Of a stretch of 58,677 bases of DNA, positions 25,653-34,920 are shown piece after piece; positions within the stretch are counted from its first letter, which is position 1; the number at the start of each line of letters is the position of its first letter. The notes under the pieces are model-generated. The model had not been told where the DNA came from, did not search any database, and worked only from the letters and a program-made list of their open reading frames with translations. A program made the translations under genes and the position numbers. Source of the stretch: an uncultured Sandaracinaceae bacterium (GTDB lineage Bacteria; Myxococcota_A; Polyangia; Polyangiales; JAFGIB01); assembly GCA_964450715.1 (NCBI GenBank), contig CAYVFC010000016.1, positions 1 through 58,677 on the forward strand, given 5' to 3'.

Positions 25653-26690
25653 TCACGAAATGGTTCGCTCGCCCGGTGTCCTGATCGCCCGTCGATATGC
25701 GGCCGGTGTCTCGCCGGTCCAGCGGCGAAACGCTCGCACCAGGTTGGGCACGGTGGAGTAACCCAGCCTTTCGGTGATTTCCTCCAGCGTGTTTTGCGGC
25801 GAGCGCAGCAACAGCAACGCCGCCTCGCGGCGCTCCTGGTCGAGGACGGCGGTAAAGCTGATCTTCCGGGCGGCCAGCCTTCGCTTCAGCGTTCGCGGCG
25901 ACATGTGAAGAGCGGCTGCCACTTCCGACAAGGAACGAAACCCATCGGGCCGGGGCAAGACGCGGCGCACCCGTTCCACTATAGCCTCATCAAAACCGAG
26001 TGCCTGAAGCTCCCGCTCGCATTGCGATCGCGCCAGTCGCATCGCGGCCCGATCAGGCATGATCAGCGGAAGCTCCAGCAACCCGGCGTCGAACAGTAGC
26101 CGCGTCGCGGGCTGGTCAAAGCGAATTTCCGGCAGAAGGTGCGCGAACCGGGTGAAATAAGGCGGTTCCGGCAAGGTCATTTCCGCCGAGCCGTCCACTT
26201 TTTCCCCGGTGAGAGCGTTGGACATCTGCCACAGCCCCACCAGCAGGCTCTGGTACACGACCTCCCGGGCGCTCCCCAGGTCGGTGTTTTCCTCGAGAAT
26301 CAGCGCGGCGACGGACCCCTCCACCTTCAATCTCAAGCTGAGCGCATTGGTGATGACGGGCGTGAATTTTACCACCAGCTCGATCGCCTCCCCGAGCGTG
26401 CCGGCGCTCATGGCGGCAAAACCGAGATACCCGTACATCGACGCCCTTTTTTGCAGACCCAGGTAAAACCCCAGACCGGGCTCACCGGTCAGGGTGCGCG
26501 CCCGTTCCATCAGCGCGTTGATGGTCGTGACCCGCAACCGTGCTCCCGGGGCTTCCAGCTCCGACGCGTCGAGCCCCATCTCCCCCAGCAATTCCTCCGC
26601 GGTGATGTGCCAGCGCTTGACCAGCTCGACAAGCTGCAGGGCTTGTGACCCCGGAACCGTGTATTCCGAATCCGTGGACGAAAGGGCCAT
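25653..26690 (-). CDS. AraC-family transcriptional regulator
   Basis: C-terminal double helix-turn-helix (LAARKISFTAVLDQ...ITERLGYSTVPNLVRAFRRWTGETPAAYRR) and an N-terminal ligand-binding domain. Confidence 0.8.
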   Translation of the reverse strand: MALSSTDSEYTVPGSQALQLVELVKRWHITAEELLGEMGLDASELEAPGARLRVTTINALMERARTLTGEPGLGFYLGLQKRASMYGYLGFAAMSAGTLGEAIELVVKFTPVITNALSLRLKVEGSVAALILEENTDLGSAREVVYQSLLVGLWQMSNALTGEKVDGSAEMTLPEPPYFTRFAHLLPEIRFDQPATRLLFDAGLLELPLIMPDRAAMRLARSQCERELQALGFDEAIVERVRRVLPRPDGFRSLSEVAAALHMSPRTLKRRLAARKISFTAVLDQERREAALLLLRSPQNTLEEITERLGYSTVPNLVRAFRRWTGETPAAYRRAIRTPGERTIS

Positions 26691-26874
26691 ATCGCCTCAG
26701 AAGACCACAATTTCGCGCTTCCGTCATCAAAAGGCGAGCGCCGGAGACCGGCGAGAGGCGGGACAGAGACGGATGAAATCATCTGACCTCCTGGCCCGTT
26801 CTGGACGGAGATTGGCACACGCTGCTCCATCCTGAAGCCGCAGATCCGTCCACTTCGCGCTCAGGAGGTAGTAG

Positions 26875-28215
26875 ATGAATCAAGCCTATCCGGACTATAA
26901 TCCCGACTCCGGACGAGTCGGTACCCTGCGGCTGGTCATCGCGCTTCTCTGTACCGTGAACGCCTGCTCGGCCGAGGGAAACGGCAAGAGCAGTAGCGGG
27001 ATGGGCGGACTGCCGGCCGCTGCTGCCGGCGGTTGGGGCGGGGCCGCCGGTGTGGCCGGCCATGTCTCCGGCGGAAGCGGTTACGGGGGGGTATGGAACC
27101 CGGCGGGCAGCGGAGAAAACTCGATCCTGCCCGGTGAGATAGAGATCAGCGACACCTGCGGATCGATCAGTGTGGCAGCCGTACAGGTGGAAGTAGAAAA
27201 GGAGGTCGAGGTCGAAGTCGAGATCGTCGAAGCCAGTCCGGTCGCGTTGTACTTCATGCTCGACTTCTCCGGAAGCATGGACCAGCCCACCCCGTCCATC
27301 CAGACCAAGCGAATGCTGGCGCTTGACGCCATCAACTGGTTCGTGAACGACCCGGGCTCGATCGGTATCGATCTCGCGCTACAGTACTTCCCCCAGATGA
27401 TGGGGGACTGCGTGACGGGTGCGGTATACGACACGCCTGCCGTCCCCATGGGACGACTTCCCGATCACGCCGCCGCGATATCCGCCTCGCTAGCCGCCGG
27501 GGGCACCAGCAACGGGTTCGGGACCCCGATCGAAGGAGCGCTTCGCGGGGCGACGGCGTACTGCGCGCGCTTCCAGAACGACCCGACGGCTAACCCCGAC
27601 GGTGAGCAATGCGTGGCGGTTCTGATCACCGACGGCCAGCCGACTTTCTGTGACGGCGTACACGCCAACCTGGCGCGAATCGCCGCCGACGCCTACGCCA
27701 ACGACGGGGTGCAGACCTTTGCAGTCGGCATGCTGGGAGCGGATTTCACCCTGCTTGAGCTGATCGGCCAGGCGGGAAACGGCGACTGCACGCCCGACCC
27801 CGGTGACCCTTCCTGGGCCTGCGACGTCAGTACAGGAGGCACCACCTTCATCGACGCGCTGAACCAGATCCGCAACCTGGTGACGACGCTCGAGACCATC
27901 ACCGATACCGTGCTCGAGATGCAATCGGTAGCCCTGGAATGCGAGTGGAAACTGCCGCAAGACACAGAAGACAGCGCCTTCGACCTGGAGCAGGTCAACG
28001 TGGAGTTCTCACCGACCGGTCTGCCTGCCGATCGCCAGATATTCGGCTATGTAGAGGATTCGGAGAACTGCGGCAGCAACCTGGGATGGAGCTTCGACGA
28101 TCCCGAGACCCCCACCCGCATCGTCGCCTGCCCGGCGGCCTGCGAGGCCATTCAGGCCGCGCCCGACGCCGCGATCGATATCCAGCTGGGCTGTCCCCGC
28201 ATGCCCATCGACTGA
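26875..28215 (+). CDS. secreted lipoprotein with von Willebrand factor A domain
   Basis: Signal and lipobox VNACS, a Gly-rich linker, and the MIDAS motif DFSGSMD. AGGAGG RBS. Confidence 0.7.
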   Translation: MNQAYPDYNPDSGRVGTLRLVIALLCTVNACSAEGNGKSSSGMGGLPAAAAGGWGGAAGVAGHVSGGSGYGGVWNPAGSGENSILPGEIEISDTCGSISVAAVQVEVEKEVEVEVEIVEASPVALYFMLDFSGSMDQPTPSIQTKRMLALDAINWFVNDPGSIGIDLALQYFPQMMGDCVTGAVYDTPAVPMGRLPDHAAAISASLAAGGTSNGFGTPIEGALRGATAYCARFQNDPTANPDGEQCVAVLITDGQPTFCDGVHANLARIAADAYANDGVQTFAVGMLGADFTLLELIGQAGNGDCTPDPGDPSWACDVSTGGTTFIDALNQIRNLVTTLETITDTVLEMQSVALECEWKLPQDTEDSAFDLEQVNVEFSPTGLPADRQIFGYVEDSENCGSNLGWSFDDPETPTRIVACPAACEAIQAAPDAAIDIQLGCPRMPID

Positions 28216-28461
28216 AAACGCTCGTTGTGGTGGCTTACCTGGCGGGCAAATAGACAAAATGGGGGGGGCGCCGCGCTCCGGAATACTCGGTCCGGGGTTT
28301 TGAAACCGCTTCTAGCGGCCCGAAGTGGACAGAGTTTGGCCCCTGACGGCACGACCATGCTCGCGCGTGACGTCCACTTCAGAAGAAAAACCCTTTGGAG
28401 GTTCTTCTCCCTATCCACACTGGAAATGCAAGGGCGGGACCTCGATGCGAGGAGTGTGCTC

Positions 28462-29616
28462 ATGCATCGCGTGAATCGATCGGTTAAAATCCTTCGAGCG
28501 GCTCTCGGGCTGCTGGCGGCTCTGGAATTGCTGGCCTGCGGCTCGGAGGACGAGATCGCGTCAACAGACGATGCGGTAACGGCCGCCGACGGTGAATCCG
28601 ACGAGCAGTCCGGTTTCGAGCAATGTCTCGAGTCGGTAAACGAGACGTGCATGATTGCCGAGATGCACAGTCTCGAAGAAATCGAGGCACCCTGTTTCGA
28701 CATGAAGTTCATATCGATTCCGCTCAGCGATGGCGGCACTCACGGCCCGGTGACCGTACCGGGTGGACCTTACGGCGCGATAGTCGACTGGAACGTGGGT
28801 ACGGATACCGATTTCGTGAATCCGGTCAATTCCCTGGAGCCGGCCTGTCTTCCGTTCGGCATTGATACCTTCGCCGAGCCCGCGGAGGTGACCGACGTGC
28901 TGAAGGATACACGTGACCTGGATTATTCCCTCTACACCATTTTTCGGCCGGCCTGCATGAAGGATGGAGAAAAGTACCCGGTCATTACCTGGGCCAATGG
29001 CACCTGTGGGCTGACACACGGATACGCGGCACTGCTCGGCTCCGTCGCCTCGCACGGATTTATCGTCATCGCCTCCAATTCATCCTGGACCGCCACCCCC
29101 CCGACGAACAACGTCCAGTTACGCGCGCTGGACTACGCCGAGGCTCTGAACCAGGATCCCGACAGCGTCTACTACCAGAAGCTCGACCTGGACCGGACAG
29201 GCGCCATGGGCCATTCACAGGGATCGGCGGCGACCGCGGTAGCGGCGGCCGATCCGCGCATCAAGGCGGTAATTCTGTGGAATGGCGGCGCCTCGAACGA
29301 CAAGCCCTTTCTGTTTGTCTCGGGTGATCGGGATATGAACGACATTGGGCCGGAAGGTCTCGGGTCGGCCACGAACGACGCGACCCAACCAGGGGCGTGG
29401 CTGTACTATCATCAGGTTCTGGAAACCGGCGGAAACGCTACTGGACACCTCGTGCTGATGGAACAGCCCGAACGCGTCTGGGAGGTTGCGGTGGCCTGGT
29501 GGGAGTACATGTTGAACGGGGACGAAGAGGCCAAAAAGATGTTCACGGGAGACGACTGCGGTCTATGCGGGAAACCCGACGAATTCGAGTACGGCCACAA
29601 CGACTTGCTCGAGTAA
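28462..29616 (+). CDS. secreted lipoprotein alpha/beta hydrolase (GHSQG), paralogue of the gene at 24041-25411
   Basis: Lipobox LLACG, YPVITWANGTCG, GHSQGS, and a C-terminal DDCGLCGKPDEFEYGHN that is also conserved in the paralogue. GAGGAG RBS before ATG 28462. Confidence 0.7.
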   Translation: MHRVNRSVKILRAALGLLAALELLACGSEDEIASTDDAVTAADGESDEQSGFEQCLESVNETCMIAEMHSLEEIEAPCFDMKFISIPLSDGGTHGPVTVPGGPYGAIVDWNVGTDTDFVNPVNSLEPACLPFGIDTFAEPAEVTDVLKDTRDLDYSLYTIFRPACMKDGEKYPVITWANGTCGLTHGYAALLGSVASHGFIVIASNSSWTATPPTNNVQLRALDYAEALNQDPDSVYYQKLDLDRTGAMGHSQGSAATAVAAADPRIKAVILWNGGASNDKPFLFVSGDRDMNDIGPEGLGSATNDATQPGAWLYYHQVLETGGNATGHLVLMEQPERVWEVAVAWWEYMLNGDEEAKKMFTGDDCGLCGKPDEFEYGHNDLLE

Positions 29617-29740
29617 ACGAATCCGCACCCGGAGACGAAGTCTTGCCGGTGCGCTCGACAGCGCTCGAACCGTGACGATCGGAGAGACACGTCGTTCGCT
29701 CGGCCTGGTTCCGTCCGTTATCGACTGACCAACAACCTGA

Positions 29741-29945
29741 CCAACAGGGCTCGAAATGGCGGGTTTCTGCACGATGAACGTGCAGAAACGGCGGTTTTCG
29801 CATCTTTGGGGCCCTTTGGGGCCTCATACTTAATCCATCGGTCGAAGGTTTACTCCGCGCCTCCCGCGCTCCGTGGCCGTCGCCGGAACGCCCCAGCACG
29901 CTGGACCTTTCCACCTCCGGTCGAATCTTTCATGGCCCACCGGAG
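29741..29945. repeat. intergenic repeat family, copy B
   Basis: Collinear with copy A apart from the MITE insertion. A third partial copy (gggtcgaacccttcatggcccaccgatgcc) lies at about 20185-20215. Confidence 0.65.
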
Positions 29946-30021
29946 ATCGTTGGAGTTTTCGGCCGCCTCGCCAAGCTCACCGGCCGCTGCGTACGTCGTC
30001 CAGGCTCATGCGCGCGATACG

Positions 30022-30336
30022 CTAGATAAATCTCTCGACGGCGCGCGAAGCCTCCTGCTCTCGTTGGGCGCGGGCTCGGGCCTCAGCGATCCGTTTGCCC
30101 CAGGTACGCTCGAAGCGCTCGAGCTCGCCGGCAGCGTCGGGCGGAGTCTGCAGGAAACGCAATGTCCGCGTCTTCTCGTCGGTCAGCGCCTCGTAGGCCG
30201 CTCTCAGGCGACGAAAGCCCTCGGGGTCGATGTGCGGAGGCGTGCGGGACAGAGCGGAGAAGTAGGCCCTCTTGATCCTGGCCACGTCCAGGGTCGACTC
30301 CAGGCCGAGTACGAAATAAGGGTTATCCGGCATCAC
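30022..30336 (-). CDS. J-domain (DnaJ-like) protein
   Basis: NPYFVLGL....DVARIKRAYFSAL...HID is a J-domain helix II/III with the HxD variant. ATGA overlap with the upstream ORF. Confidence 0.65.
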   Translation of the reverse strand: MMPDNPYFVLGLESTLDVARIKRAYFSALSRTPPHIDPEGFRRLRAAYEALTDEKTRTLRFLQTPPDAAGELERFERTWGKRIAEARARAQREQEASRAVERFI

Positions 30337-30842
30337 CGCCTCCTGTCCCCGGCGTCGCCGAACAGGTCGAGCTGCTCTAAAGCGCGCTCGGCCGCGCGTT
30401 TCGGCGCCGGTTTATTGTCGGACTTCTTGTTGGGGGTTTTGGCGCCGTCCGGCTTCTTGCGCGGCCCCGACTTCTTGGCACCGCTCGCCTTTTTGCGCGG
30501 TGCCGCCTTCTTACGCGGCGCGGGCTTCTTGCGCGGTGCCGCCTTCTTACGCGGCGCGGGCTTCTTGCGCGGCTTCAACATTCGGTTTGCCAGGCGCGCG
30601 GCTAAGGCCACGTCGCGCTCGCTAGTCGCGTCAGGCTCGCGCTCCACCGCCTCCAGCACCGATCTCGCCACCATCCTGCGTATCTCGGGCGGTACTCCCG
30701 CCCGCCCGGCGAGCTGCAGGGCGCGGGCGGCATCGAGCGCTCGAGGTGTGATGTCGCTGGTGAAGCTATCCTCGAGCTGCTCGAGCGCGTCGTACAGCCC
30801 TCTCTCCGCGGCGTCGACCAGGACCTCGACCCTGCGAAACAA
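30333..30842 (-). CDS. Lys/Pro-rich protein with tandem KPAPRKKAAPRKK repeats (histone H1-like tail)
   Basis: The N-terminal half is protein-like and the C-terminal half is a basic tandem repeat encoded by a 36-nt DNA tandem repeat (about 30460-30580). The upstream region (30846-31789, minus strand) looks like more of the same gene in another frame. Confidence 0.45.
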   Translation of the reverse strand: MFRRVEVLVDAAERGLYDALEQLEDSFTSDITPRALDAARALQLAGRAGVPPEIRRMVARSVLEAVEREPDATSERDVALAARLANRMLKPRKKPAPRKKAAPRKKPAPRKKAAPRKKASGAKKSGPRKKPDGAKTPNKKSDNKPAPKRAAERALEQLDLFGDAGDRRR

Positions 30843-31983
30843 CGACGGCTTGCGCGCCCAGAACCGCGCGCAACCTCGAGCGCCGAGCGGTTATGGCTGG
30901 CAGTGCGTTGTACCAGCTCCCGGTGCGAGAGCAACGCCGACACGCGGCGGATCTCGCTGGCCACCGTTGGTGGCGACCGATCCAGCCAGACTATCACCAC
31001 CTCGCGAAAGCGGTGCCAGGGCTCGATCGAGAAGCACTGCACGCAGGCCTGCGGTACCCGCTCGAGCGAATCCGGCGGGGCGTAGGACTGCTTCGATCGC
31101 GCCGCGCCGTATCCGAGCCGCTCGCTCTGTTCGTCGGCTTCACCCAGGAACGGCTCCGGGTCGGGGGTTCCCTCGCTCGAAGCCAGCGCGTCCAGTCGCG
31201 ACAGAAGCGCGGAATCCGAGAGCTCGGGGCGAAGCGCGTCGAGCATCCGGCGCACCCGCGGCCACTGCCGCGCGCGCAGCGCCCCCTGCAAAAACCACCA
31301 GCGCGCTCGCGCGCCCGCCACTCGCATCGCGCGCGGGTCCGGCGGCTGCCCGCGCACGGCCAGCCGCCTGTACCCGGACCGCTCGCAGAAGCGCAGCAAC
31401 CGCGCGCTCACCTCGGCGAGCCCCTGCTCCAGGTTCCGCTCCTCCACCAGAGAGCGGGCCTGATCCAGCGCATCGAGGGCGTCGAATACCTCGTCGAGGC
31501 TCTGGTTTTCCGCCGAGTCCCGGGCCGGTCCGCTCTGCAGCTCCTGCTGGACAACGGCGATCCGCGCGTCGAGCTATCCGATCACCGCCTCCAGGCGTGC
31601 CGCCTGTTTGGCCGCCGCCCGGCTCTGCTTCTGCAAGGCACAGAGCAACTCATCCAGCCAGGGCGGGCGAACTCCCGCGCAATACCCATCCGTATTCCCC
31701 TCGTCCGACTGCCCTGCCTCGGGGCGACGGCGGCCTGCAGGGCCGTTCGGCGGAAAAGTAGCGAAAAGCGAGCGCAGCCAGTCGAACATGCCGTGGCGCT
31801 ACCACGCTCCGGGCCGTTCGCTAAGTGTTTCGTAACCGTTCAGGGGGGGCCGAAAACTGGATGTCGTGTGGACCGACTCCGCGCTGCGCGACCTGAAACG
31901 GATCGAATCGAACAGCCCACAGTTCTTGAAGATCGCTTACACTGTACTGGATGCTCAAATGCTGCGTACGAGAGGAGAGGAAA

Positions 31984-34905
31984 ATGCAGGGGCTAATGGT
32001 TCGCCTGGGAGTCGTTGTAGGCGTCGTCATCGGGCTGGGCACCGAGGCGCAGGCGTCGGAGCTGGTGGGTGTGGAGGTGCTGGACCAGGACTTCCTGGTG
32101 GTGCAATTCCGAGACGGGGAGGTCATTCACGACGAGGTGGCTGTCGGCGATCTCAACGAGGTCGTCAACCGTTTTTTGCCGGAGCTCGATACCACGGCGG
32201 CGGCTAGCGCCTCGAGCTGGACCATCACCTCGAGCGATGACGGCAACTACGCCGGCGGGCAACAGCCCACCGGCCGCTTCCGGAAGAAGAAGCTCAACGG
32301 TCATGCCCAGCTCGGCTGGGTCAGCAACGACTTCGCGTACGAGTACACCTACGATCACTTTGTCTACTTGCAGCTGCCGAGCTCGATGCAGCCGGGCGCT
32401 ACCTACACGCTGACCATCGACGGGGCGACCCAGAGCGACGCTGCCTCGGCACAGGTGACCTTCGACCTCTTCAACAGCCGCTCGGAGGCGGTGCACGTCA
32501 ATCTGGTGGGCTACCTGACCGACGCCCCCCAGAAAGCCGCCGACCTCTATTACTGGATGGGGGACGGCGGTGCGCGGGACTACTCGAGCTTCGAAGGAAA
32601 CGAGGTCTTCGTCTACGACGTAGCGAACGGCACCTCCACTTCGGTGGGGACGGTAACCTATGGTGCCGCCAGCGCCAGCGAGGAGCACAACCACAACTAC
32701 ACCCGCTCTGCGGTCTGGCACGTCGATTTCTCGAGCGTCACCACGCCCGGCACTTATCGGCTGGCGGTGGAGGGAGTCGGCTGCAGTCAGGACTTCATCG
32801 TCGGCGACGATGCCTACCACGATCCCTTTCGGGTTTCCCTGCGGGGCTTCTTCTATATGCGCCTCGGCGATATGAACCCGAACAACGTCTCGCCCCCGCC
32901 GCGATCGCCGTCGTATATCCCGGGATCGGATCCGCCGGGCACCCGTGTGGTGCTCACCACCATGCACCCGTTTCATGCCGAGTGGGACAGCATGTCGTGC
33001 GGCGATTGCTGGGACGCTCCCGACCAGTGGGTGTCCTACGCGAAATCGGGCGAACCCACCAACCCCGACGCCTGGGGCGGCTACGCCGACGCCGCGGATC
33101 TGGACCGTCACCTCGGCCACGTGCCGATCATCTGGGATCTACTGCTCCCCTACATCGTGACCGCGGGCGCGATCGATGACGACGACCTGGGCATCGGAGA
33201 GAGCGGCAACGGTATCCCCGATCTCATCGACTCGGCAGCCTGGGAGACCGACTTCTGGCTGAGGCTGCGCGACCCCGATGACGGCAGCTACTCGCACGGT
33301 CTTACCAACCCGAACGACAGCGACACCATCTATCAGGCGGACGGCACCGCCATCTCGGCCTGGGCCAACGCGGTCAATGCCTCCATGCTGGCCGAGGCGT
33401 TTCGGATTGCGGGGCGGACGAGCGAGATGCAGACCTATCGCGACGCCGCCATCGAGGCCTACGACATCGCCGACGGCAGCGCGGAGCCGATGCTCGATGT
33501 CGATTCGGATCTCGGCAGTGCGCGCGGTCGCGACCTGAAGATGACCGCCGCGGCTTATCTCTTCAACGTGACTGGCGATACCGCCTACGAAGAGGTGGTC
33601 AACGCCGAGAGCCACTGCGCCGGCGATCCCGGTGGAGCTATCGCAGACGTGGGGAGCTTCAACCAGCTCTGGGCCACCGCCGCCTACCTGATGACGCCGC
33701 AAGCGGTGAGCTACCCCGCGCTCCAGGACAACATGCGAAGCGCCGTCATCGCCGAGGCAAAGAGCGTCGAGGCGGACAAGATGGGGACCCGGCCCAGCCG
33801 TCGCACCTCGGACGGCGAATCCCTGTGGTTCCAGACGGTCGTCGATGTGAATCGCAGCATCGTGGCCCACGCAGTGGCAGAGAGTCAGGCAGACCAGGAC
33901 TACCTGCTGCAAGCGCTCGCGCTAGAGGCGGACTGGACCCTCGGGCGCAACCCGCTGAACATCATCCAGATGTCGACGGCGTCGTCCGTACTGTCCTCGA
34001 AGCGCAACATGGACCAGATCTACTACCACGAGGGGTTGGAGGACGGCATTCCCGGCACCTACCCGGGGCTGACCCCCTACGTCAACCTGGCGCTCTGGGG
34101 TGGTTGCGGGATGGTCATGAGCTGTCCGCCGCGGCTGTACGAGAACGGCTACCCCGCGGACGCCGAGAACGTATGGCCCTTTGCCGAGGCCTATTTCCCT
34201 TCACCCTGGGTCTACGTACACACGGAGTTCACGCCGCAGCAGACCATGCGCGGCAAGACGGCGCTGTACGGCTACCTGCACGCTCTGGCCGGCGAAGGCG
34301 CGCAGAACCCGGATCCGGCTCTGAGCGTTACCAAGCAGGGGTCGGGTTCGGGAACCGTGAGCTCGTCACCGGCCGGGATAGATTGTGGAAGTGCCTGCAG
34401 CGCGGTCTTCCCGGCGGGCACGACGGTTACCTTATCCGCCACACCGGACAGCGACCACCTGTTCGATGGCTGGGGTGGGGCGTGCACGGGCACCGGTCCG
34501 ACCTGCACGGTAGACATGGCTACCGCGCCTCTGCTGGTGACAGCGACGTTCACGGATCCGAATACGGCGGATACCGGCGGTACGGGCGGTTCGGGAGGTT
34601 CGGGAGGCAGCGACCAGGGCGGTTCGGGAGGCAGCTACCCCGGCGGCTCCGGAGGCAGCTACCCCGGCGGCTCGGGGGGCTCGGGGGGCTCGGGGGGCAC
34701 AGATGGCCCTAGCGGCTCGGGCGGTGCAGGCGGTACGGGCGACACAAACGGTACGCACGACCCAGGCTCCGAGAATGGCTCTGGATGCGGTTGCTCGACC
34801 GCCCGACGGCGGAGCGCCAACCCGGCCGCGCTCCTCGGAGCATTGGCGTTGATGCTTCTTGGCCTGCGTCGCCGTGGGCATCGCTGGCGCGCCTCGACTG
34901 GTTAG
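31984..34905 (+). CDS. large secreted multi-domain protein with C-terminal beta-repeat, Gly/Ser-rich spacer and MYXO-CTERM sorting signal
   Basis: Signal peptide and a GAGAGGAGAGG RBS. About 700 aa of probable glycoside-hydrolase-like/helical catalytic region (family not assigned). A GSGSGTVSS...CGSAC...GTTVTLSATP B-repeat-like domain, GGSGGS repeats, then GCGCSTARRRSANPAALLGALALMLLGLRRRG. Confidence 0.8.
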   Translation: MQGLMVRLGVVVGVVIGLGTEAQASELVGVEVLDQDFLVVQFRDGEVIHDEVAVGDLNEVVNRFLPELDTTAAASASSWTITSSDDGNYAGGQQPTGRFRKKKLNGHAQLGWVSNDFAYEYTYDHFVYLQLPSSMQPGATYTLTIDGATQSDAASAQVTFDLFNSRSEAVHVNLVGYLTDAPQKAADLYYWMGDGGARDYSSFEGNEVFVYDVANGTSTSVGTVTYGAASASEEHNHNYTRSAVWHVDFSSVTTPGTYRLAVEGVGCSQDFIVGDDAYHDPFRVSLRGFFYMRLGDMNPNNVSPPPRSPSYIPGSDPPGTRVVLTTMHPFHAEWDSMSCGDCWDAPDQWVSYAKSGEPTNPDAWGGYADAADLDRHLGHVPIIWDLLLPYIVTAGAIDDDDLGIGESGNGIPDLIDSAAWETDFWLRLRDPDDGSYSHGLTNPNDSDTIYQADGTAISAWANAVNASMLAEAFRIAGRTSEMQTYRDAAIEAYDIADGSAEPMLDVDSDLGSARGRDLKMTAAAYLFNVTGDTAYEEVVNAESHCAGDPGGAIADVGSFNQLWATAAYLMTPQAVSYPALQDNMRSAVIAEAKSVEADKMGTRPSRRTSDGESLWFQTVVDVNRSIVAHAVAESQADQDYLLQALALEADWTLGRNPLNIIQMSTASSVLSSKRNMDQIYYHEGLEDGIPGTYPGLTPYVNLALWGGCGMVMSCPPRLYENGYPADAENVWPFAEAYFPSPWVYVHTEFTPQQTMRGKTALYGYLHALAGEGAQNPDPALSVTKQGSGSGTVSSSPAGIDCGSACSAVFPAGTTVTLSATPDSDHLFDGWGGACTGTGPTCTVDMATAPLLVTATFTDPNTADTGGTGGSGGSGGSDQGGSGGSYPGGSGGSYPGGSGGSGGSGGTDGPSGSGGAGGTGDTNGTHDPGSENGSGCGCSTARRRSANPAALLGALALMLLGLRRRGHRWRASTG

Positions 34906-34920
34906 ATTCGGAGGTGAATC

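Noticed and set aside
29806-31761. 651-aa plus-strand ORF
   Set aside because: Low-complexity Arg/Ala/Pro translation. It overlaps the J-domain and KPAPRKK-repeat genes on the minus strand, so it is a GC-frame artefact.
31993-33912. Minus-strand ORFs of 375 aa and 257 aa
   Set aside because: They are antisense to the 984-aa secreted-protein gene. Their translations are low-complexity.
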